A stretch of 64,000 nucleotides of DNA from Acidobacteriaceae bacterium (lineage in GTDB: Bacteria > Acidobacteriota > Terriglobia > Terriglobales > Acidobacteriaceae). The stretch covers positions 10,033 to 74,032 of the forward strand of contig JANYKL010000017.1 of the NCBI GenBank assembly GCA_025361625.1, read 5' to 3'. The position numbers were made by a program, and so were the translations under genes. Under the pieces are notes generated by a model. It worked only from the letters and a program-made list of their open reading frames with translations, did not search any database and was not told the DNA's origin. This document shows positions 8,278 to 16,551 of this stretch, piece by piece; positions within the stretch are counted from its first letter, which is position 1, and every line of letters begins with the position of its first letter.

Positions 8278-10050
8278 TTAGTTCTCGGCCAGTTCGAGTT
8301 CAATCTTCTTACTCGCAACATCCAGCTTCGTAATCTTAAATCTGGATACTTGTCCGGGTCGCAACGATTCTGGCTTTGTCTCTTCGGGGGGCGGGCCGGT
8401 CTTCCATCGCGCTTGCAGCATCGAACCTAAAGAAGATAAGTCAGCCTTCGCTGCCTGCGCGGTTTCGCTCGCAGGATTTTTTTCTTTCGATTGCTGCCTG
8501 AGGAGGCTTGAAGCAATCACTCCCTCGCCAAGCTCGACGCGCCCTCTGTCTCCGGAAATTTCAACGAATCGCCCGCTCACAACATCTCCTGCTTTATGTT
8601 CGGCGAGATACTCGTCGAGTCCCGTGGGCACAAGTTGTTTCATGCTCAGCCGAATCGTTCTCTTCTGGGTATCGATCGCGATGACTTGCGCTTTCACGAA
8701 CTGACCCACCCTGAGAACTTCCTGGGGATGATTAATGCGCTTCTCCGCGCTGATCTCGCTGACGTGGATCATGCCTTCGATACCCTCCGCCAGTTGCACA
8801 AACCCGCCAAACTTCGTAATGCTGGTCACTGGCCCTTCGATCACGGTACCCGGCGCGAACTTTTCCGGAGCAGCGGCCCAAGGGTCTCCCAGGGTTTGCT
8901 TGAGACCGAGCGACATGCGCCGTTCCGCGAAATTTACGTTTAAGATCACGGCTTCGACAATATCGCCCTGCTTCACGACGTCTTTCGGCGTGCGCACGCG
9001 CTTTGCCCAAGACATCTCCGAGATATGAATCAAACCCTCGATGCCGGGTTCAACTTCCACAAACGCGCCAAAATCGGTCAAGCGGCTAATGGTTCCTTTC
9101 ACTCGTTCGCCGGCTTTGTATTTGCCGGTCACAGCCTCCCAGGGATGCGGTTGAAGCTGTTTCATGCTAATGGCGATTCGGTGCTTTTCGGAGTCGATCT
9201 TGATAATCCTGGCCTCAATTTGCTGACCAACTTCGAGCACATCGGAGGGCTTCGCAATCCGGCGCCAGGAAATCTCGCCCACGTGGAGCAAGGCATCGGC
9301 GCCGCCGATCTCGACGAACGCACCGTAGTCAGCCAGGTTGCGCACTACTCCCTGCACCGTGTCGCCTTCTTTTAGCTCGCTGAAGCGACGCGACTTTCCG
9401 GCCTGTTCCTCCTCTTCAGAAACCGCCCTGCGATCGACCACGAAGTCTTCGTCGTCGACATCGAGTTTGATGATGCGACAACGAATTTCCTGCTCCACCA
9501 GTTTCGCAAGTTCCGCGGCGTCGCGAGTTCCGCTGCGAGATGCCGGCATGAAAGCGCGGACACCGACATCGACACTGAGACCTCCCTTGACGACGCCCGT
9601 GACCGTACCGACGATGGTGGCCTTCTCCTCGAACGCTTTCTGCAAAGAGGTCCAGTCGGTAGGCCGCTCCACTTTGCCGCGTGTCAGTTCGTAGTAGCCT
9701 TCCGGATCGCGTCCTTTGACCGTGACCTGCAGCACTTCTCCAGGCGCTGGCGGTTTGTCAGCCGGGAACGCGGTCAACGGCAAAATGCCTTCTGTCTTGA
9801 ATCCGATATCGAGAATCACGGAATCGGCGGTGACTGAAACCACGGTGGCGTCACGGCGTTGAGAGCCGCCTTCTGATTTCCTGGCGTGACTGTGTTCGTA
9901 TTCGGAAAGAATGTCCTTGAAGGATTCGGAGGACGACTCGGTTGCGGGCGAGGCCTCGGCGGATTCTTCTGGAGCCTTGGGACGTGAGTTGCTTGAATTA
10001 TCAGGTTCCGTAGGGAGGTCGATTTCGCCGGCAATCTTTAACTTTTGCAT
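8278..10050 (-). CDS. rpsA: 30S ribosomal protein S1
   Basis: Six recognisable S1 OB-fold repeats (e.g. GTVTGVVKGGLSVDVG, VQGVVRNLADYGAFVEIGG, VKGTISRLTDFGAFVEVEPG, IEGPVTSITKFGGFVQLAEG). The likely start is the MQKLKIAG Met at 10050; the ORF extends to 10194. Ser/Glu-rich N-terminal extension. Confidence 0.92.
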   Translation of the reverse strand: MQKLKIAGEIDLPTEPDNSSNSRPKAPEESAEASPATESSSESFKDILSEYEHSHARKSEGGSQRRDATVVSVTADSVILDIGFKTEGILPLTAFPADKPPAPGEVLQVTVKGRDPEGYYELTRGKVERPTDWTSLQKAFEEKATIVGTVTGVVKGGLSVDVGVRAFMPASRSGTRDAAELAKLVEQEIRCRIIKLDVDDEDFVVDRRAVSEEEEQAGKSRRFSELKEGDTVQGVVRNLADYGAFVEIGGADALLHVGEISWRRIAKPSDVLEVGQQIEARIIKIDSEKHRIAISMKQLQPHPWEAVTGKYKAGERVKGTISRLTDFGAFVEVEPGIEGLIHISEMSWAKRVRTPKDVVKQGDIVEAVILNVNFAERRMSLGLKQTLGDPWAAAPEKFAPGTVIEGPVTSITKFGGFVQLAEGIEGMIHVSEISAEKRINHPQEVLRVGQFVKAQVIAIDTQKRTIRLSMKQLVPTGLDEYLAEHKAGDVVSGRFVEISGDRGRVELGEGVIASSLLRQQSKEKNPASETAQAAKADLSSLGSMLQARWKTGPPPEETKPESLRPGQVSRFKITKLDVASKKIELELAEN

Positions 10051-10323
10051 TTTATAAGTCGACTTTATGGATGGACTCTGTCTTGCAGTCTGAAAGTTTT
10101 GCCGTGAAATCAATCTGGGCACTGCCGCCCCATAAAGGATAGCACTCACCGCAGCAGCGCCGGTGCGCGGCGCGCCTGGAAGAGGCAAGAGCATACAACA
10201 ATCGACATCGTGATCGGCTAGGGGTCAAAGATCGAAACGGGTTTCGGGAACGGAACCTCGGTGAATTGGACATCGACGGAAAGGTCCGCTAGATCTGACG
10301 GCTAGTAGTACAGCGCTTGAAGA

Positions 10324-11537
10324 TCAGCTTGCGGCTTGATCGCGGAGTGAACTCTTGAGTGGGGCGCTAGCGCGAATCGTGGTTCCTTCTTCATTGGTGG
10401 CTATGCTGAAGTCTCCGCCAATCTGCCTCATTCGTTCGTGCATGCCCATAATTCCGACGCCGGGCCTGAAGGCTTTTCCAGGTAACTCATCGGAAGATTG
10501 CTTGCCGGTGTCGGTGATCTCCACATGAACCTGATCTTGCGAGGACAGCAAGCGTATCAGCGCGGTCGTGCTCTTCGAATGGCGATGGATATTCGTCAAT
10601 GACTCTTGCACAACGCGAAAAAGTGCAATTTCAATCTCAGGAGGAAGACGGTGTATTTCCGGACTGACTTCTAACTCGACTTTGATACCGCTGCGAAGCG
10701 AAAATCCCTCGGTGTACCAGCTCAGTGCTGATTGCAATCCAGTCTCGTCAAGAAGTGGCGGGTGGAGCAGGTAAGACATGGTGCGAAGCTGGCGGCTCAT
10801 CTCTTCGGTGAGAACCAGACTGTCGGCCACCAAGCTTTTTGTCTCCTCGTCGACACCGTCGGTTTTTGAAGAGACGACATCGAGATTGATTTTCAGAGCC
10901 GCCAGCATCTGGCCAGTGCTGTCGTGCAGTTCGCGGGCCAACCGTCTTCTCTCATCATCTGCGATTTCAAGAGGCGACCGGTCAACTCGCGGATTTCTTC
11001 GGTCTTGGCGGCGAGTTCGGCGGTTCGCTCGCGGACGCGGCGCTCGAGTTCGTCGTGCGCTTTTTTCAACTCGAGTCTTGCCCGTTCCGTCTCGGCCGTC
11101 TGCAACCTGGCTTCTCGTTCGGCCTGCTTCATGCGAAGTAAAGCGCCGACCGTCGCGAGCAACTCATTGCCGGAGATGGGCTCGGCAAGGTAGGCGTCTG
11201 CACCGCCTTCGAGGCCGCGGACGCGGTGCTCGGCATCCACGAAGGTGGCCGAGATATGCAGGATCGGAATGTGAGCGGTCTGCGGATTGGATTTTAAACG
11301 CCGGCAAACTTCGAAGCCGTCGAAGTCGGGAAGATTGAGGTCGAGGGTAATGAGATCCGGAAGTTGATCGGCAAGGCGCAAAGCTTCGGTACCATTGCGA
11401 GCCTCAGTTACGGTATACCCGCCGCTTCGCAGAGTTCGGGTTAAGGTATAGCGCAGCGCGTCGTTATCATCGACGGTGAGGATGGTAGCGTTCATCGGAA
11501 TTGATGCGTTTTGATTCATTCGACGGGCATAACCCAT
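10324..11537 (-). pseudogene. REC - coiled-coil - HisKA_3 - HATPase_c hybrid response regulator/histidine kinase, split by a 1-nt frameshift (or a sequencing error)
   Basis: ORF 10893..11537 is a receiver domain (ILTVDDNDALRYTL...DLNLPDFDGFEV...) plus coiled coil, ending ...TGRLLKSQ then out-of-frame MMREDGWPANC. ORF 10324..10941 continues in another frame as (IA)DDERRRLARELHDSTGQMLAALK plus HATPase_c. Joined at about 10960 the product reads LLKSQ-DDERRRLARELHD, the canonical HisKA_3 H-box. Confidence 0.7.
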
Positions 11538-11546
11538 ATTCCAGTT

Positions 11547-13685
11547 CTAAGCACGCACTTCGTCTGCAACGTGAACTCCGAATGGCAGGCCCGCGCGCGA
11601 CAGGGCTTCAGCAATCCGGACTTCAGCCATTTCACGCGACCCCGTGCCCTTGAGCACGATGTCAGCGGCAGCCTTTAACTGTTCTCTTTCCTCTTCTCGC
11701 AAATCCTGAGAAGTATGAATGATGACGGGAATCTGCCTGGTTTGTGGATCTTTTTTGAGAATATCAAGGACCTCAAAGCCGCTCAAATCCGGCATAGAAA
11801 TGTCGAGCATAATCACGCTGGGCATCATTTCCTTTGCCATTCGAATGCCTTCTTTGCCACCGCTCGCCTCCAGGAGGCTGTACCTGCTGTTGGCGAGCGC
11901 TCCCTTCAGGAGATATCGTGATACCTCATCGTCATCGATGATGAGGACGTGTTCGCTGGTCGGCTTGAGGGTGCTTTGCAGCTGCTGCAATAGCCATCCG
12001 CGATCGATCGGCTTGGAGTGGAATGCGGAGGCGCCAAGTTGGAGCGCCTTTTGCTGATTCTCGACCACGGTGACGACCAGAACTGGAATATCTTTGGTAG
12101 CGGGATCGCTTTTCAAATCCTGCAACAGATCCCAAGAATGCTCCCCTTGCAGAAGAACGTCGAGGACGATCGCTACCGGCTTGAATTCGTGCAAGGCTCG
12201 CCGTGCTTCTTTCAGATCGCGCGCAGGAACAACTTGAAATTCTGTTTCCTTCAAATATTTTTCATAGATGAATAGGGCCTCGCGATTGTCTTCGACTACC
12301 AGCACTGGAAGCTTCGAAATGTCCAGTTCGCGATGCACGTCGGGAACATAAACAGCGTCGATTTCGCCATGGAAGCGCACGGGGACGGAAACAAAAAACG
12401 TTGAGCCGATTCCGACTTCGCTTTTCACATAGACGTCCCCGCCAAGCAACTGCGCCAATTTGCGGGAGAGCGGAAGGCCGAGGCCGGTTCCCTTCGCCAT
12501 TTTTTGGAGCTTGCCTTCGACCTGCGTCCATTCCTCGAAAATGCGCTCCTGATTTTCTTCGCTGATTCCAATTCCGGTGTCAGCCACGGCAAAGACTGCA
12601 GTGTTGTCGTGACTCATACGAACCGAGACGCGCACTTCGCCGCGCTCGGTAAACTTCAGTGCGTTAGAAATAAAATTACGAAGAATCTGGGATACTTTCG
12701 CTTCATCGCTGAACAACTCAGGAATTCCCTCCGGTTCGTCGAAGACCAGCGATACCGAAGAATTCTGCGACAAGAGAGGCCGCAACATGCCGCGCAGAGC
12801 CGCGAATAGAGATTCAACGCTAAACGGGGCGGGCCGGATCGTGACCTTGCCAGCTTCAACTTTTGCCAGGTCAAGGAGGTCGTTCACGAGATCGGTAAGG
12901 TCCTGGGCCGAGCGGCGAATAAAGTTGACTTGCTTTTCCTGTTCGGAAGTGAGATCGCCGTCCATGCGATCGAGCAAGATCTGGCTGAGGGCGAGCACGG
13001 AATTGAGTGGCGTTCTGAATTCGTGACTCATATTAGAAAGGAAGTGAGTCTTTAGTTCTGAAGCGCGCTGCAAGAAGTCAGCTTTGTCGTTGAGCTCCGC
13101 ATACAAAGCGACTACGCCACGATTGGTTTCATCGAGCTCCCGATTGAGCTGCGCGAGTTCGTTTTGACGGGCGCGTAGTTCTTCAAGCGTGCGCAGGAGC
13201 TCTTTATTCTGGTGTTCCAGTTCTTCATAAGGATTCTCCGAACGCCTGCGTTCGATTGTGCCCATGAATGCGTTCAGTTCCGCATCGTTTAACTTTGAGA
13301 ACCTTTGAGGTATTGCTTTTCCGAGGGTGACGACCGTGCCTTTGCCGGCCGCGCTCTGCACTTCAAATCTGTCCATCAGGCGCTTGGCGCCGATCATGCC
13401 CACGCCCATGCCGGTCTTCGAGACATACTTGCCGCCCAGAATTTCATCGACATTCGGGATGCCTCGTCCCTTGTCTCGAATGGTGACAAAAAATATTCTC
13501 TCGGCTCCGCTGTGGTAGGTAAACTCCACTAGCCCGCCGCCGGCGTACTCGAAACAGTTGCGGGCAATCTCGGAAACGGCGGTGGCGATTCGCGTCTGAT
13601 CCTGGATATCAAACTTGAGGAAAGCGGCAACAGAACGAGCACGCTGGCGAGCGAGCACGACGTCGTGCTCGAAGCGAATCTCCAT
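11547..13685 (-). CDS. hybrid sensor histidine kinase: N-terminal RsbW/RsbT-like ATPase domain, coiled coil, HisKA, HATPase_c, two receiver domains
   Basis: N-terminus RIATAVSEIARNCFEYAGGGLVEF...GMGVGMIGAKRLMDRFEV is anti-sigma-kinase-like. H-box FLSNMSHEFRTPLNSV. G-boxes DTGIGI and GTGLGLPLS. Two REC domains (VLVVEDNREAL..., VLIIDDDEVSRYLL...DISMPDLSGFEV). Start is ambiguous: ATGs at 13685, 13706 and 13715. Confidence 0.85.
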   Translation of the reverse strand: MEIRFEHDVVLARQRARSVAAFLKFDIQDQTRIATAVSEIARNCFEYAGGGLVEFTYHSGAERIFFVTIRDKGRGIPNVDEILGGKYVSKTGMGVGMIGAKRLMDRFEVQSAAGKGTVVTLGKAIPQRFSKLNDAELNAFMGTIERRRSENPYEELEHQNKELLRTLEELRARQNELAQLNRELDETNRGVVALYAELNDKADFLQRASELKTHFLSNMSHEFRTPLNSVLALSQILLDRMDGDLTSEQEKQVNFIRRSAQDLTDLVNDLLDLAKVEAGKVTIRPAPFSVESLFAALRGMLRPLLSQNSSVSLVFDEPEGIPELFSDEAKVSQILRNFISNALKFTERGEVRVSVRMSHDNTAVFAVADTGIGISEENQERIFEEWTQVEGKLQKMAKGTGLGLPLSRKLAQLLGGDVYVKSEVGIGSTFFVSVPVRFHGEIDAVYVPDVHRELDISKLPVLVVEDNREALFIYEKYLKETEFQVVPARDLKEARRALHEFKPVAIVLDVLLQGEHSWDLLQDLKSDPATKDIPVLVVTVVENQQKALQLGASAFHSKPIDRGWLLQQLQSTLKPTSEHVLIIDDDEVSRYLLKGALANSRYSLLEASGGKEGIRMAKEMMPSVIMLDISMPDLSGFEVLDILKKDPQTRQIPVIIHTSQDLREEEREQLKAAADIVLKGTGSREMAEVRIAEALSRAGLPFGVHVADEVRA

Positions 13686-13696
13686 GGTGATGAATT

Positions 13697-14731
13697 TCAG
13701 TTGCATGGACCGCACGCATCTTCGCGATTCTTAGCGACCAGTACTGTTACATCATCCCGTTCCCGCGAAAAATCGCGGAAAAGTAACCCTGCCATCAGCG
13801 CGGGATGCCTGCTCCAAATCCCTGGGTAAGGCTTGAGATCCCAACGTGTATTCACGCCGTCGGAGTGCATGATCAACATGCTTTCCTTTGCCCATGGAAA
13901 CGTAAATTCCTGAACTTTCTGAATTTGGTGGCCTACAATGCCGTTGTGCGAAGCCATTCCGCGCCTGGTAGCGGGAGCGATTATTGAGGCTGAAATATTT
14001 CCGACGCCGGCGAATTTCATGATGCCGCGCTCGAGGTTGAGGGAAGCGACGGCCATGGCGGCGCCCCGAGTTTTTTTGAGTGCGTCGTGCGCATCCTGCA
14101 AAATCATTGCGGGCGAGTCGGTTCGGGATGCGGTAAAAACTCGTTCGGCCTCACGAGCGGCTTCCGCCGCAAGAATGCCGTGTCCCAAGCCATCGACGAC
14201 CATAAGCAGGACAGACTCGGCCGTTTCTTTCGCACCCCATCCATCTCCGCAATCCTGCTCGCCCTTGATGGGAATGGATACCACGCCGACGTCGAGTCCA
14301 GAGGCGTGCCTGGAAATTTTGTTGCTCGACCAGACTTCAGCGAGCACGGCGGTACCGGCTCCGGGAACGGTATAGATATCAAACACGTCTGAAAGCCGCT
14401 TAATCGCGCCGAGGCCGTTTCCGGCAGTTCCTGCCGTGGAGTGGCCATCTTGAAGGGCGGCTGTGAGGTCTTTTATTCCAGCGCCTTTATCCAAGGCCAT
14501 CACTCGAACACCGCAGTCGTTAAGGCACCCGAACGATTCGAGGATCACCGTGCCGGAGCCGGCATGCTTGACAATGTTAGAAACAATTTCCGTGACAACA
14601 ATCGCCAGCGCTCCGCGAGGACGTTCCTCGAAGTTAAGTTTCTCCGAGTAAACTGCGGCGTGGCGCCGGGCCTCTCCGGCGTGACTGGCATCAGTGACTT
14701 GGATGATCATGCTCAGTGGTACTACTTCCAT
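13697..14731 (-). CDS. ATP-binding (RsbW-like kinase domain) SpoIIE/PP2C family protein phosphatase
   Basis: The N-terminal domain AIVVTEIVSNIVKHAGSGTVILE...GNGLGAIKRLSDVFDIYT is HATPase_c_2-like. The C-terminal half has CGDGWG...LLMVVDGLGHG...LIMHSDGV, matching PP2C/SpoIIE motifs. Alternative ATG at 14710. Confidence 0.85.
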   Translation of the reverse strand: MEVVPLSMIIQVTDASHAGEARRHAAVYSEKLNFEERPRGALAIVVTEIVSNIVKHAGSGTVILESFGCLNDCGVRVMALDKGAGIKDLTAALQDGHSTAGTAGNGLGAIKRLSDVFDIYTVPGAGTAVLAEVWSSNKISRHASGLDVGVVSIPIKGEQDCGDGWGAKETAESVLLMVVDGLGHGILAAEAAREAERVFTASRTDSPAMILQDAHDALKKTRGAAMAVASLNLERGIMKFAGVGNISASIIAPATRRGMASHNGIVGHQIQKVQEFTFPWAKESMLIMHSDGVNTRWDLKPYPGIWSRHPALMAGLLFRDFSRERDDVTVLVAKNREDACGPCN

Positions 14732-15123
14732 CTAGTAATTATGATTTTCGTCCCTTGGCCGACTTTGGACTCGATTGCAAACTCGTTGACCAAACGTTTG
14801 GTGCCGCCTAAGCCGAGTCCAAGACCGGAGCCCGTGGTAAAACCGTCCCGAAGTGCTAGTTGGATGTCAGGGATGCCCGGGCCGTTGTCACTGAACGTAA
14901 GACGGACTCCCAGGCGGGGACCGTTCAGGCTTTCCAGTTGCATGGCGCCCCCCCCACCATAGATCAGCGTGTTTCGGGCTAGTTCACTGGCGGCAGTGAC
15001 GACCTTGGTCTGATCGACGAGGCTCAAACCGATTTGCGCGGCGGTTTCGCGCACCCGTCGGCGCACGAAAACAATATCTGGCTCGGAAGTGACGGGAATG
15101 GTCTCGCTAGAAATTACTGCCAT
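14722..15123 (-). CDS. rsbT: stressosome switch kinase, RsbT-like anti-sigma regulatory factor (Ser/Thr kinase)
   Basis: 133 aa, the same size as RsbT. VVTAASELARNTLIYGGGG...DNGPGIPD...GSGLGLGLGGTKRLVNEF. Overlaps the RsbS stop by 17 nt. Confidence 0.85.
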   Translation of the reverse strand: MAVISSETIPVTSEPDIVFVRRRVRETAAQIGLSLVDQTKVVTAASELARNTLIYGGGGAMQLESLNGPRLGVRLTFSDNGPGIPDIQLALRDGFTTGSGLGLGLGGTKRLVNEFAIESKVGQGTKIIITRWK

Positions 15124-15496
15124 GGCGGATTCCCTCGTGGCCGTTCAGCGATTCCCGCAGCAATTCCATTCCGGCATCTACATTGAGTGCGGTACGCACT
15201 CCGGGCAGAGACATACCTAATTCGACCAAAGTGATGGCGACGGCAGGCCGCATTCCGACGACAACCGTTTGCGCATCAAGGACGCGCGACATGGCTGCGA
15301 TGTTGCCCAGCATGCGGCCAATAAACGAATCCACAATCTCAAGCGAGGAGATGTCGATCAGGACTCCCCGAGCACTCGTCTCGCTGATTTTTTGCGTCAG
15401 ATCGTCCTGCAGAGCCATTGCAAGCCGATCGTGCATGTCGACTTGAATGGTGACGAGCAGAAAGTCTCCCATTCGCAGAATCGGTATCTTTTCCAA
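15107..15496 (-). CDS. rsbS: stressosome STAS-domain antagonist, RsbS-like
   Basis: 129-aa single STAS domain. IPILRMGDFLLVTIQVDMHD...GVLIDISSLEIVDSFIGRML, with the conserved phosphorylatable Ser in the VDSF context. Confidence 0.85.
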   Translation of the reverse strand: MEKIPILRMGDFLLVTIQVDMHDRLAMALQDDLTQKISETSARGVLIDISSLEIVDSFIGRMLGNIAAMSRVLDAQTVVVGMRPAVAITLVELGMSLPGVRTALNVDAGMELLRESLNGHEGIRHGSNF

Positions 15497-15504
15497 AAGT
15501 TATC

Positions 15505-16392
15505 CTATGCGGTCTTTTGCGCTGTGTGATTCGACGTACGTCCTAATGACAATCCCGTTCGCTGCAATGCGAGGCGGAATGCATCGGAGAGCGTGGCCTT
15601 GGTCGTGACGTCCAAGAGGTTGATTCCGAGATGCACGATGGTCTGCGCAATTTGCGGGCGAACGCCACTGATGATGCAGTCCGCGCCCATCAAACGGGCC
15701 GCGGTCACGGTCTTCAGAAGGTGTTGAGCGACGACGGTATCGACCGTAGGCACGCCCGTTATATCGATGATCGCAACTTTCGAATTCGTCTTAACAATGC
15801 TTTCGAGCAGCGTCTCCATGACGACTTGCGTGCGTGCGCTGTCGAGGGTACCGATGATTGGAAGAGCAAGAATTCCGTCCCACAGCTTGACCACCGGGGT
15901 CGAGAGTTCGAGCATCTCCTCCTGCTGGCGGCGGATCACGGCGTCGCGGGTCTTGATATAGGTCTCAATCGTGTAGAGGCCGAGGGAATCGAGCAATGCG
16001 GTGGCGCTCCAAAGTTCGGTGGCGAGCGCATCCGCGTCTTTTTCGAAGCGTGTTCGAATCGCCTTAAAGAGAGGCTTCTTGAATGAAAGTACGAACGTGG
16101 CGGTCTCGGTTGGAGTGAATCCTTGTTGCGCCCGGCTTCTAGAAATTTCGGCCAGAAGTTCGCGCATCGGCTGCCAGGCCGCGCCGTCAATGTCGTATCC
16201 GCCTGAGTCGACACCCTGCCGCAACAACTTCAAAAACAGGGCGCTTTCGCTGCGGAGCTCAGATTCTTTAATCAAATCGCTGCGGCGAACGCTGCCGCTC
16301 ATTTCTTTCAGCCAGTCTGCAAGAAGGGAAGACTCATCCTTTGTGAGGATTTCGCTGAGACCCGCCTGTCGATTCTGAAGTCCTTTATCCAT
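15505..16392 (-). CDS. rsbR: stressosome sensor/scaffold protein, RsbR-like (N-terminal non-haem globin-type domain plus STAS)
   Basis: C-terminal STAS: STPVVKLWDGILALPIIGTLDSARTQVVMETLL...IIDITGVPTVDTVVAQHLL...GVRPQIAQTIVHLG. About 150-aa N-terminal helical sensor domain. Confidence 0.85.
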   Translation of the reverse strand: MDKGLQNRQAGLSEILTKDESSLLADWLKEMSGSVRRSDLIKESELRSESALFLKLLRQGVDSGGYDIDGAAWQPMRELLAEISRSRAQQGFTPTETATFVLSFKKPLFKAIRTRFEKDADALATELWSATALLDSLGLYTIETYIKTRDAVIRRQQEEMLELSTPVVKLWDGILALPIIGTLDSARTQVVMETLLESIVKTNSKVAIIDITGVPTVDTVVAQHLLKTVTAARLMGADCIISGVRPQIAQTIVHLGINLLDVTTKATLSDAFRLALQRTGLSLGRTSNHTAQKTA

Positions 16393-16551
16393 GTCTCACA
16401 TCCTAGAGCGCACCATGAGCGCGCTTTTGTCGGACCTATGCGGCCTACGAAAATACCCTATTCGCTGCTCGCCGAATTTAAGATTATAAAACTAACAGCG
16501 GTTGGGTCAAAAAGAACGTCCTATGCCGAACAATTCTGCAACTTGCCGGGA

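Noticed and set aside
10893-10975. Programmed ribosomal frameshift as the explanation for the split REC/HisKA_3 gene
   Set aside because: There is no slippery heptamer and no downstream structure at the junction (aaa tcg cag atg atg). A simple 1-nt indel (mutation or sequencing error) is more parsimonious.
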